Below, one piece after another: positions 9,783 through 18,033 of a DNA stretch of 32,215 bases; position 1 is the stretch's first letter; each line of letters begins with the position of its first letter. The notes under the pieces were generated by a model, which saw only the letters and a program-made list of their open reading frames with translations, did not search any database and was not told the origin of the DNA. The translations under genes and the position numbers were made by a program. Origin of the DNA: an uncultured Lentimicrobiaceae bacterium (GTDB taxonomy: Bacteria; Bacteroidota; Bacteroidia; Bacteroidales; SKPS01); NCBI GenBank assembly GCA_964550385.1, contig CAZJZF010000001.1, positions 219-32,433 of the forward strand, written 5' to 3'.

Positions 9783-10271
9783 TTACCGTATGGTATGGCT
9801 GGTTTTTTTCACCGAACGTAAATAGTCTTTCAGCTGTTCCTTGCGTGCAACGGCAAGTTCCTGATCAATGCCGGTAATGCTGAAAAAGAGTTCAACAGTA
9901 CTCCCCCCGTTGCTAAAAACCATCTCATCCGACAACGATTTCATTAAAAACAAACCTCTGCCCACTGAACCATCATTTTCAGGATCTGTCGGATCAGGCA
10001 GGCGACCCGGGTCAAAACCCAACCCCTGGTCTGAAACAGAAAAACTTAAACCATCATTTCTCGTAGTGAAGGAAATTTCTACATGTCTGGCAGGATCATT
10101 TCCATTGCCATGCTTCATGGCATTCATAACGGCCTCCGTAACGGCAGTAAGGATATTGCTAAAATAGCTATTGAATATATTGTAATGGTCACAGATATCT
10201 TCTACAAAATGATTTACTGCATGAAGATTCGCTACGGATGAGGGTATGATGATACGCTTGCTGTTACTCAT
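9783..10271 (-). CDS. RsbW/SpoIIAB-type GHKL ATPase / serine-protein kinase (anti-sigma regulatory factor family)
   Basis: 162 aa. N box EAVMNAMKHGN, G1 DQGLGFD, G2 GRGLFLMKSL. The ATG at 10269-10271 lies 1 nt after the TAA (10273-10275) of the upstream 1125-aa ORF. Confidence 0.75.
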   Translation of the reverse strand: MSNSKRIIIPSSVANLHAVNHFVEDICDHYNIFNSYFSNILTAVTEAVMNAMKHGNGNDPARHVEISFTTRNDGLSFSVSDQGLGFDPGRLPDPTDPENDGSVGRGLFLMKSLSDEMVFSNGGSTVELFFSITGIDQELAVARKEQLKDYLRSVKKTSHTIR

Positions 10272-10272
10272 A

Positions 10273-13200
10273 TTACTGCCTTGCCTCTTTATTGATCAGA
10301 AACTCATTTACCTTATTTTTATAGAAATTCTGAAGCACAGGAGTTGAATAGCGGAGCATCTCCTGCTCTTTCTCAGTTAACCTTTTATACTCTAAAAAGA
10401 GCGAAGGGTTACTATAAATCTGATTTTTTACCTCCTTTGATTCACGTCTTTCCTCTTCTTCCCTTTCACGTTCGGCTTTCTCGCTCTCCAACAGGCGTAT
10501 ACGGATATCTTCCTGCCGTTTTAAGGTATTATTGTTCAAAACTTTATTTACAAGTTCTTCTTCTGTCTTGTCCATTTGTTTCATCAGTTCACTCAATTGT
10601 CCTCCATCTTTTAAACCCTGCTTTTGCAGCTCCTGCATATATTGGCCCAATGCTCTGCGGATGGCTTCCTGCTCGGCAGCCATCCGGGCAAACTGTTCAT
10701 TCATACTATTGCGTTTGCCCTGCTGTTGTTGCCCTTTCTGCATCTCTTCCTTCATCTTCTGCAACTGCTGGTTCAGGCTTTGCTGCCGCTCCCTGATCTG
10801 CTTCATAGACTGGCCCCCTTTACCCGGTTTGGGTTTGTTGCATTTTTGTCCTTTCCCCGATTTCTGTTGCTCCTGTTCCTCCTTCATCTGGTCAAGAGCC
10901 TCAGCCAACAGCAGCGCCAGGTTGTTCATTGACGTCATGGCATATTGTTGCCTTTCCACCGCACGATCTTTCCCTGAGCGGTTAAGCACCTGTATTGTAT
11001 TGATATCCAAGAAATTTGATATTGCCTGATCCATATTTGATTTGATATTGCTGATTTCCTTGGAAACAACACTCTGTATTGCGGTTTGCCTCTTGCCCAG
11101 CGCCACCAGTGAATCTTCAATAATTTGGAAATCACGCTTCAATGTGCTCTGTTTATTGATAACCTCTGGAAATTTTGGATCCTGCCTGCTGATCTTTTGG
11201 GAGGTATTCATGAGTGTTTCCTGTTCAAACGATATGTGTATCAGATTTTTAAGAATTTGACGAAGGGTAAGAATGTCTTCACCCAACTGCTCTTCCATCA
11301 TTGCATCCATCATATCACTGAGCTTTTCCGACAATTTCTCCAGTTTATCGGAAGCGTTCTTCTGCTTTTGGCTGGCATTTTTCTGTTTTCCCTGATTAAT
11401 CTGATCAAGCCCCTCTTTCATCTCTTTTTTGATGGCCGACTGATCTTCATCTGTCTTCTGCAATTCATTTGGAAACTCAAGTTCCTGATTGTTTTTTTGA
11501 ATTTTATCCAACTTTTCACTCAGCCTGTCGAATTCCTTGTTCAGGGCTTCCTGTTCGTCGGCCAGTTTTTCTTTATCCTTTTTCTGATTTTCGGTTTCGG
11601 TGGCCAGATTCTTTTGCTCCTCTGCCAACTTTTTAAGTTCCTCTATCGATTCCTTAAGTTCTTTTTCAACTTCCAGTTGTTTGAACAATTCCAGATTCCG
11701 TTCAAGCTCCCGGTTCAGTTCATCATTGTTCATGCTTATTTTTTGCAACATTTGTTCTACCTTGTCTTTGTCAAGGTTTTCCATCATCTTCTGGATCTCT
11801 TCGAGCAATTTACGTGTTTCTTCGTCGAGAAGCTTATCCATCATTTCCTGCAGTTGCTTTTGCTTTTCCAGAATCTCTTCATCAAGCTCAGACATCCTGG
11901 CCTCTTTTTCGTTTTTCATCTCCATCTGTTTCTGCAGCTCTTCAATGTTTTGTTTCACCTCCTGCTGTTTGCTGAGCAGCTGGTTGATTTTTTCACGGTC
12001 CTGCCAGTTGAGTTGCTCTTTGTTCCTTAATTCGTTATTCAGTTTCTTTGCATCCTGTTGTATTTGTCTGGCTGTTTTAATATTCTTCTCAAGATTAGTC
12101 TTGATATCTTCCTCCATTGCATCCTGCAATTCATCCAGCTCTGCTTTACCTGGTACTTTGTATACCGACAGAAAAGTACGTGATGTTTTAGGCCCTGATA
12201 CCTGATCGTTGTCTTTTACTTCAAAATACCAGACCAAATGATCTCCTGGTTCAAACCCTTTTTCTTTCAAATCTATATAATGCATAAATCGCTGACGGGT
12301 TTCCTTAAAACTTATCCCCATTGGCAAACTTTTTCTTGCCAGAGTATCTCCGACACGTACCTGCGCATAACCAAACCATAATCCGGAAAACCCGTAATCG
12401 TCGGCAATTTCACCCGTATAAAATATCATCATATGATTGAGTGAGTCAAAAATTTCATCCGCACGAATCACAGGGTACTCATCCGGTATCACTTCAATGG
12501 CATATCCAACCCGGTTTAAGGTATCTATATATCGGTTTGACGGCTGAATGGAATAGGAGAGGGGTTCCAGAATTCTTCTTGAATAAGAAAAGCGGCCCTT
12601 TTCATCACCTTTCAGGCTTTCTTTTTGATTATCAACCAGGAAAACCAATTTATCCGTGTAATAGGTTTGGTATTCCCAGGAAACAATTGTTCCACGTGGA
12701 ACAATCATATCTCCTATATTGTCCAATATTTCATTCTCACGTCGGATATATCCGGGGTACTGTAGTTTTACTCTGAAATTTTTAATACCAGGTTTTTGAA
12801 TTACCTTCAGAAAATAGTTTTTCGAGAAATAATCGAGAGAATTAAGTCTGAAAACCAGATCCTGCTGCAGGTTGGCAATCTCGAAAGAAAAAAGATTCTT
12901 CTCAATTTGAACTGCCTTATAGTTGATGCCATTGATTTCCACAAAAGCTTCGTCAGGGATTTCGGCACCTGTAGTAGTAAACTGTAAAATATATTTTTCC
13001 TTGGAAACTCCAGTTAAATCTTTGTTTACAATGATAAATGTAAACGGAGCAGGCTTTTCGAACTGTACACGATACCTGCTGATACGTGTTACCGGATCGG
13101 TAAGAAAGCCAGGACTTATCACCATGATAGCAGCCAGCACGGTCAAAGCCGGGATAAGATAACGAAGATACCTATAACTCTTTCTGAAATCAATGGCTTT

Positions 13201-13650
13201 TACGAAAGGGAAAGGACGCAGGAGTGTTTCTTTCTGCTCAATGGCAGCCCACAGCAATTCTTCACTAACAACCTGCCTGCCTGATCCATCATCTTTCTGC
13301 TTCTTCATCAACTCCTGAAGTTGTAATAAATTCAGCAGTTTGTCTTCGATCTGACTGAAATGCCGTCCAATGATACTGGCCGCATATTCTGGTGATATGC
13401 TTCTGGAAACACCCATTAGCTTAAGCAATGGATATACTATATAGAGTGCGGCAATAAAAATATTAAAGCCGAGATAAAAATAAAACATAAGGGCTCTTGA
13501 AGCTGAATTAAGCCAACCGAAATATTCTATTGCCGCAAATAACAACAATAAAATAACGGAAGAAATTCCGGACAATATCAATCCTCTTAAAACTCTGTTC
13601 AGATAATACTGCCGTATAAAAATTCCAAGTCTTTCACGAAGTGACAACAT
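10273..13650 (-). CDS. 1125-aa membrane-anchored coiled-coil protein of unknown function (resembles DUF4175-family proteins from memory)
   Basis: Uninterrupted ORF with an ATG start. Two N-terminal hydrophobic helices (res ~22-75) and a third at ~165-185. A beta-rich ~300-aa region follows, then ~300 aa of E/K/Q/L/N heptad-like sequence (res ~500-800). A second Q/K/E-rich stretch precedes the C-terminal LLESEKAEREREEEERRESKE...YKNKVNEFL. Confidence 0.7.
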   Translation of the reverse strand: MLSLRERLGIFIRQYYLNRVLRGLILSGISSVILLLLFAAIEYFGWLNSASRALMFYFYLGFNIFIAALYIVYPLLKLMGVSRSISPEYAASIIGRHFSQIEDKLLNLLQLQELMKKQKDDGSGRQVVSEELLWAAIEQKETLLRPFPFVKAIDFRKSYRYLRYLIPALTVLAAIMVISPGFLTDPVTRISRYRVQFEKPAPFTFIIVNKDLTGVSKEKYILQFTTTGAEIPDEAFVEINGINYKAVQIEKNLFSFEIANLQQDLVFRLNSLDYFSKNYFLKVIQKPGIKNFRVKLQYPGYIRRENEILDNIGDMIVPRGTIVSWEYQTYYTDKLVFLVDNQKESLKGDEKGRFSYSRRILEPLSYSIQPSNRYIDTLNRVGYAIEVIPDEYPVIRADEIFDSLNHMMIFYTGEIADDYGFSGLWFGYAQVRVGDTLARKSLPMGISFKETRQRFMHYIDLKEKGFEPGDHLVWYFEVKDNDQVSGPKTSRTFLSVYKVPGKAELDELQDAMEEDIKTNLEKNIKTARQIQQDAKKLNNELRNKEQLNWQDREKINQLLSKQQEVKQNIEELQKQMEMKNEKEARMSELDEEILEKQKQLQEMMDKLLDEETRKLLEEIQKMMENLDKDKVEQMLQKISMNNDELNRELERNLELFKQLEVEKELKESIEELKKLAEEQKNLATETENQKKDKEKLADEQEALNKEFDRLSEKLDKIQKNNQELEFPNELQKTDEDQSAIKKEMKEGLDQINQGKQKNASQKQKNASDKLEKLSEKLSDMMDAMMEEQLGEDILTLRQILKNLIHISFEQETLMNTSQKISRQDPKFPEVINKQSTLKRDFQIIEDSLVALGKRQTAIQSVVSKEISNIKSNMDQAISNFLDINTIQVLNRSGKDRAVERQQYAMTSMNNLALLLAEALDQMKEEQEQQKSGKGQKCNKPKPGKGGQSMKQIRERQQSLNQQLQKMKEEMQKGQQQQGKRNSMNEQFARMAAEQEAIRRALGQYMQELQKQGLKDGGQLSELMKQMDKTEEELVNKVLNNNTLKRQEDIRIRLLESEKAEREREEEERRESKEVKNQIYSNPSLFLEYKRLTEKEQEMLRYSTPVLQNFYKNKVNEFLINKEARQ

Positions 13651-13844
13651 ACGTATGAATGTAAGTTTGATAAACCTTAAAACCAGTTCGCAAATCCTGC
13701 AACATCCGACAGATCTGCGGCAACCGGCACTGATGACCTAACGTTTGAACCTGCCTTCGCATTGTAAAACAATCCAGGCCATACCTTGGTTTTTATCGTG
13801 TAAAGATAATAAATCCCCGGGTGCAGAATATACCATTAAAATCC

Positions 13845-13852
13845 TACTTTTG
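13845..13852 (+). promoter_or_regulatory. candidate -7 promoter box TACTTTTG for the lipid kinase gene (implies a leaderless or near-leaderless mRNA)
   Basis: Perfect TAnnTTTG ending 4 nt before ATG 13857. The same octamer precedes tRNA-Gln. Confidence 0.4.
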
Positions 13853-13856
13853 TACC

Positions 13857-14783
13857 ATGGATGAACGATGGCTGGTTGTCGTTAACCCCAATGCGGGCAT
13901 ACGTCGGGCAGAAAGGGAATGGCCCCATATTGAAAAATGCCTGAAGGATGAAGGGTTTCTTTTCGATGCCTTTCTCACCACTCAGCCTGAAGACGCGATA
14001 GAAATTGTCAGAAAACAAGTGTCGCTTGGCTATTCCAGAATCATTGCTGTTGGGGGGGATGGAACCTTCAATGAAGTGGCCAATGGTATCATGCAACAGA
14101 AGAGAATTCCCTCACATGAAGTACTTCTGGCAATGATTACTGTAGGAACCGGCAACGATTGGGGAAGGATGTACAATATACCCTTTGATTATAAACAGGC
14201 CATTCAGGTGATAAAGAACGGGAAGACCTTTATTCAGGATGCCTGTATGGTAATTTATTCCTCAGGAATTAAAATTAAACAAAGGTACCTGGTGAATATG
14301 GCTGGAATAGGCTTTGATGCTGAAGTGGCTCTGAAAGTAAATCATATGAAAGAGAAGGGTAGGGGAGGGAAGCTTTCCTATTTTATGAACATTTTTTCCA
14401 CCCTGATACACTACAAAAGCCGTATGGCCGAGGTAATTATTGACCAGCAGAAATATCCCCATTCAATTTTCAGCCTGAATGTAGGGGTTTGCCAGTTTAA
14501 CGGAGGAGGCATGAAACAACTGCCTCATGCCGTTCCCAACAGTGGAAAACTAGCGATTACCATCATTCAACAGATTTCGAAACTAAAGGTACTGGCCAAT
14601 GTACATCGCCTGTTTAACGGTTCTTTTATTCAGATGCCGGAAGTACAAACCGCTACCGCCACCAGTATCGATATAACCAGCGATAAAAACCTGTACCTTG
14701 AAGTGGATGGGGAATCCATCGGCCATACTCCCCTCGAATTTTCAATAAAGCCCGGTGCCATACAGGTCATCGTAAATCATTGA
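13857..14783 (+). CDS. diacylglycerol/lipid kinase family protein (YegS/BmrU-type)
   Basis: Track ORF (GTG 13821) trimmed to ATG 13857 (MDERWLVVVNPNAG...), giving 308 aa. DAGK catalytic-domain motifs VVNPNAG and AVGGDGTFNEV are present. Confidence 0.85.
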   Translation: MDERWLVVVNPNAGIRRAEREWPHIEKCLKDEGFLFDAFLTTQPEDAIEIVRKQVSLGYSRIIAVGGDGTFNEVANGIMQQKRIPSHEVLLAMITVGTGNDWGRMYNIPFDYKQAIQVIKNGKTFIQDACMVIYSSGIKIKQRYLVNMAGIGFDAEVALKVNHMKEKGRGGKLSYFMNIFSTLIHYKSRMAEVIIDQQKYPHSIFSLNVGVCQFNGGGMKQLPHAVPNSGKLAITIIQQISKLKVLANVHRLFNGSFIQMPEVQTATATSIDITSDKNLYLEVDGESIGHTPLEFSIKPGAIQVIVNH

Positions 14784-15217
14784 TCTGTTCTGAGCCATTC
14801 AGCGTAAGAGGTAGCCGTTTCGCGCAACATCATCCGTTCAAGCCTCACACCAACCGGCAAACGATTCCCAATTTCCTGCACAAAATGGGTAAGAAGATTC
14901 TCGCTTGTAGGCTGAAACAGTGTAATGACCACTTTAAGTCCTTCCTGATTTTGGTTTAACAAAATCTCGTCATAACCCTTCTGAATCACCAGTGAATGGT
15001 CAAATTTTTCAATTACCGCTTCTTTTACTATAGCTTTCAGATCACTGAAGTCGATTACCATTCCAAGTTTTGAAGAAGAGCGGTCAATAATGGGTTCTCC
15101 ACTTACCGTAACCTCAAGCATATACGAATGACCATGAATATGCCGGCAAGGCCCGTCGTAGTTCTGTAAGGCATGGGCCATTTCGAAAGTAAAGCTTTTT
15201 GTAACTCTGATTTTCAT
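14777..15217 (-). CDS. queD: 6-carboxy-5,6,7,8-tetrahydropterin synthase
   Basis: 146 aa. FTFEMAHAL and CRHIHGHSY (CxxxHGH) are signatures of the QueD/PTPS fold. The 3' end overlaps the convergent lipid kinase gene by 7 nt. Confidence 0.88.
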   Translation of the reverse strand: MKIRVTKSFTFEMAHALQNYDGPCRHIHGHSYMLEVTVSGEPIIDRSSSKLGMVIDFSDLKAIVKEAVIEKFDHSLVIQKGYDEILLNQNQEGLKVVITLFQPTSENLLTHFVQEIGNRLPVGVRLERMMLRETATSYAEWLRTDQ

Positions 15218-15262
15218 ACAATAGATGAACTGTGAAATGCTATATATATTATGGTATAGGAA

Positions 15263-16591
15263 TTACCTTAGAAACTGCAATGCCATCGGTAATCTGTTAT
15301 CTTTGATAAAGGAACCCTTTTCATAAAGTATTTTTCCGTTGACAATAGAAGTGATCACCTTGTGGTGAAGAACGGTTCCATCCAATGGCGACCATTTCAC
15401 TTTACTGAAGGTTTGGTCTCCCAGAACCTTCCATTGTGCATTTGGATCCACCAATATAACATCGGCATAAAAGCCTTTTCTCAGGTATCCACGCCTGTCG
15501 ATTTTAAACAGGCTTGCAGGTTTATGTGCCATCCAATTCATTACATCCGTTACATGGCATTTCCGCTCACGTGCCAATTCCAGCATCATTAAAAGAGAAT
15601 ACTGCACCAACGGTCCACCGGAAGGAGCATCGAAATAATTCAGCATCTTCTTTTCCAATTCATGGGGAGCATGATCCGTAGCAACGATATCAAGGGTTTT
15701 ATCCAACAATCCTTCCAGCAATTCCTGCCGGTCGGATGTTTCTTTGATGGAAGGATTCCATTTAATCAGGTTTCCTTTCACCGCATAATCCTCCTTCGAA
15801 AACCAAAGGTGGTGGACACATACCTCGGCTGAAATATTCAAACCTTCGAGTTTTGCCTCCCTGATCATATCCACCTCCCTGCCTGTTGAAATATGAAGCA
15901 AGTGCAGATGTCCTCCGGTTCTTCTGCAATACTCAATAGCGCGTGCTGTACAAAGAACGCATGCTTCCTCGCTGCGTACTATGGGGTGAATTGCAGGATC
16001 GGCAGCGTTTCCAAACTTCTCACGGTAAAACGAAAGATTTCTCCGGATCGTTTCTTCATCCTCGGAATGGACCGCTACGGGCACTTTCGATTCACTAAAA
16101 AGATTAAACAGAGCATCTTCATCATCTACCAAAAGATCACCGGTTGACGATCCCATAAATACTTTAACGCCACAAACTGTCCGGGGATCTATCGAACGGA
16201 TCTCTTTCAGGTTGTTATTGGTTGCACCCAGATAAAAACTATAATTACACCATGAATCTCTTTTTGCAATATCCTCTTTTTGTTTTACGAGTTCGAGGGT
16301 AGTAGCAGGTGGCAAAGTATTGGGCATCTCCATAAATGAAGTGATACCACCGGCCAAAGCTGCCATACTTTCTGTAGCAATGGTACCTTTCATTTCGAGG
16401 CCCGGTTGGCGGAAATGCACCTGGTCATCAATGATCCCCGGCATAACCCAAAGACCGGTAGCATCCAAAACCCTTTCAGGATTTTTTACCCTGGAAGGAT
16501 CGACGATGTAACTATCCAGAATAGCAAGATCCTCCTCGAAGATTTGCCCCTCGTTGATGATTGAACCTCCCTTGATCAGGATTCCTGACAT
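15263..16591 (-). CDS. pyrC: dihydroorotase-type cyclic amidohydrolase
   Basis: Track ORF (TTG 16633) trimmed to the ATG at 16589-16591 (MSGILIKGGSIINEG...), giving 442 aa. Amidohydrolase motifs: IIDDQVHFRQPG, CGVKVFMG (Lys), VAVHSED, HLLHIST, VATDHAPH. The first His of the usual HxH is Gln (see findings). Confidence 0.8.
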   Translation of the reverse strand: MSGILIKGGSIINEGQIFEEDLAILDSYIVDPSRVKNPERVLDATGLWVMPGIIDDQVHFRQPGLEMKGTIATESMAALAGGITSFMEMPNTLPPATTLELVKQKEDIAKRDSWCNYSFYLGATNNNLKEIRSIDPRTVCGVKVFMGSSTGDLLVDDEDALFNLFSESKVPVAVHSEDEETIRRNLSFYREKFGNAADPAIHPIVRSEEACVLCTARAIEYCRRTGGHLHLLHISTGREVDMIREAKLEGLNISAEVCVHHLWFSKEDYAVKGNLIKWNPSIKETSDRQELLEGLLDKTLDIVATDHAPHELEKKMLNYFDAPSGGPLVQYSLLMMLELARERKCHVTDVMNWMAHKPASLFKIDRRGYLRKGFYADVILVDPNAQWKVLGDQTFSKVKWSPLDGTVLHHKVITSIVNGKILYEKGSFIKDNRLPMALQFLR

Positions 16592-16637
16592 ACCACAAAT
16601 TATTAGGTGAAATGAACACCGTTTTCCTTTCAATATT

Positions 16638-17399
16638 TCAGGCGTCTGCCCGCTGAAGCGCTGATTTTGCCATTCTCCTGTAAACTCCCTGTATGCTTCT
16701 GATTCTCAGACTTATTACTCCAAAGATGGCTTCCTTAAAAATATTCTTGTTCATTTTTGACTCTCCAAGTGTCCGGTCGGTGAAAATGATAGGAACTTCA
16801 ACAATGTTGAAGCCAAGTTTCCATGCCGTATATTTCATCTCGATCTGAAAGGCATAACCCGTAAAACGGATTTGCTGAAAATCGATACTGCGAAGTACTT
16901 TTTGGGTATAACATTTAAACCCGGCTGTGGTATCCCTGATCTTCATGCCGGTAATAAGCCTTACATACGCAGAAGCATAATATGACATCAGCACTCTGCC
17001 CATTGGCCAGTTAACCACATTCACCCCCTTTATATATCTGGATCCGATGGCAAGATCTGCTCCATTCATACATGCCTCTCTTAATCGCAGCAGATCGGCC
17101 GGATTATGGGAAAAATCGGCGTCCATTTCGTAAATCAGGGAATACCCCTTTTCGAGTCCCCATTTGAAACCATGCAGATAGGCAGTACCCAGGCCAAGCT
17201 TTCCTTTTCGCTCCTCGATGAAAAGCCTGCCATTATACTGAGTCATCAGAGATTTCACCAAGGTTGCCGTCCCGTCAGGGGAGTTGTCTTCCACCACCAG
17301 CACATCGAAAACAGAGGAAAGTGCCATTACAGTGTGGATAATTTTCTCTATGTTATCCTTCTCATTATATGTTGGAATAACTACCAGATCCGTTTTCAA
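16638..17399 (-). CDS. polyprenol-phosphate mannose synthase (Dpm1/Ppm1-like GT2 glycosyltransferase)
   Basis: 253 aa. VVIPTYNEKDNI, VVEDNSPDGT and EMDADFSHNP are motifs of dolichyl/polyprenyl-phosphate beta-mannosyltransferases. The start is TTG at 17397-17399; the next Met would delete the PTYNE motif. Confidence 0.82.
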   Translation of the reverse strand: MKTDLVVIPTYNEKDNIEKIIHTVMALSSVFDVLVVEDNSPDGTATLVKSLMTQYNGRLFIEERKGKLGLGTAYLHGFKWGLEKGYSLIYEMDADFSHNPADLLRLREACMNGADLAIGSRYIKGVNVVNWPMGRVLMSYYASAYVRLITGMKIRDTTAGFKCYTQKVLRSIDFQQIRFTGYAFQIEMKYTAWKLGFNIVEVPIIFTDRTLGESKMNKNIFKEAIFGVISLRIRSIQGVYRRMAKSALQRADA

Positions 17400-17421
17400 G
17401 GGGATTGTATTAAGATTTTTT

Positions 17422-17429
17422 CAAAAATA
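17422..17429 (-). promoter_or_regulatory. candidate -7 promoter box TATTTTTG for the Pol-P-Man synthase gene
   Basis: Plus-strand caaaaata equals minus-strand TATTTTTG, 22 nt upstream of the TTG start, in the 39-nt gap after gldD. Confidence 0.35.
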
Positions 17430-17438
17430 GGCCTTTTT

Positions 17439-18029
17439 TTATTTCCAACGCAGTGTTTTCAGCAGATAGTCAATATCATCCTTCAGAAAATCAACCACAG
17501 GTTTCAACGAGTCATTATCAGGTATAGTATTGAAATATAGAGAACCACGCAAAAAATGATTTACACTGTCGGTGACATAGAACTGATAAGCTGATGCTAC
17601 ATTTTTTCCTCTGATACTGAAAAGAGTTCCATATACGCTATGGTCAGGATAGGAGATCAGCGTTTTAGAGATCTGGGTTGCCTTTGGTACATGACGGTAC
17701 ACGAAATCCACAGCATCATCAATCAGGGTATCCAGGCTGGTTATATTGAGGGGTTGATAGGTCATATGAATAGTTCCATTCTGCCCGGGAAAATTGATAT
17801 TGAAACGACGCTGCATATTATGGTATTCATCCTGAGGATCCGTTGAGAGGAATCCATATTGAGGATACTCAAACACATAAGGAAATGTAGAATCAAACAG
17901 AACATAGTTCTTTTCCGGAAAATCAATACGCAGGTAACCTCGGGGCTTGGGGGTATAATTTCCCTGACAACCGGTGAATATCATACCCAAAAATACCCCA
18001 AGAGGAAGGGATTTTCCAATACAATTCAT
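17439..18029 (-). CDS. gldD: gliding motility lipoprotein GldD
   Basis: Trimmed to the ATG at 18027-18029 (MNCIGKSLPLGVFLGMIFTGC, lipobox Cys). An alternative ATG at 18050 (MLKKGSWMNC...) would overlap gldE by 17 nt. PKPRGYLRIDFPEK and QFYVTDSVNHFLRGSLYF...LRWK match what I remember of Flavobacterium GldD. Confidence 0.8.
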   Translation of the reverse strand: MNCIGKSLPLGVFLGMIFTGCQGNYTPKPRGYLRIDFPEKNYVLFDSTFPYVFEYPQYGFLSTDPQDEYHNMQRRFNINFPGQNGTIHMTYQPLNITSLDTLIDDAVDFVYRHVPKATQISKTLISYPDHSVYGTLFSIRGKNVASAYQFYVTDSVNHFLRGSLYFNTIPDNDSLKPVVDFLKDDIDYLLKTLRWK

Positions 18030-18033
18030 CCAA

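Noticed and set aside
11347-11388. Tandem peptide duplication KQKNASQ/KQKNASD in the coiled-coil protein
   Set aside because: It is a single 21-nt duplication whose copies differ mainly at third codon positions, inside a generally low-complexity region. It is not a repeat array and is of little functional consequence by itself.
10532-12205. Long plus-strand ORFs (10532..11029 165 aa, 11125..12030 301 aa, 11600..12205 201 aa) antisense to the 1125-aa gene
   Set aside because: Their products are Phe/Leu/Ser/Cys-rich low-complexity strings. That is what the antisense reading of a GAA/AAG/CAG-rich (E/K/Q) coiled-coil region produces. They have no start context or promoter box. They are shadow ORFs.
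17423-17440. A/T palindrome aaaaataggccttttttt after the gldD stop, considered as a terminator
   Set aside because: The stem would be almost entirely A-U pairs around a GGCC centre with essentially no loop. It overlaps the candidate -7 box for the next gene, which is the more economical explanation.
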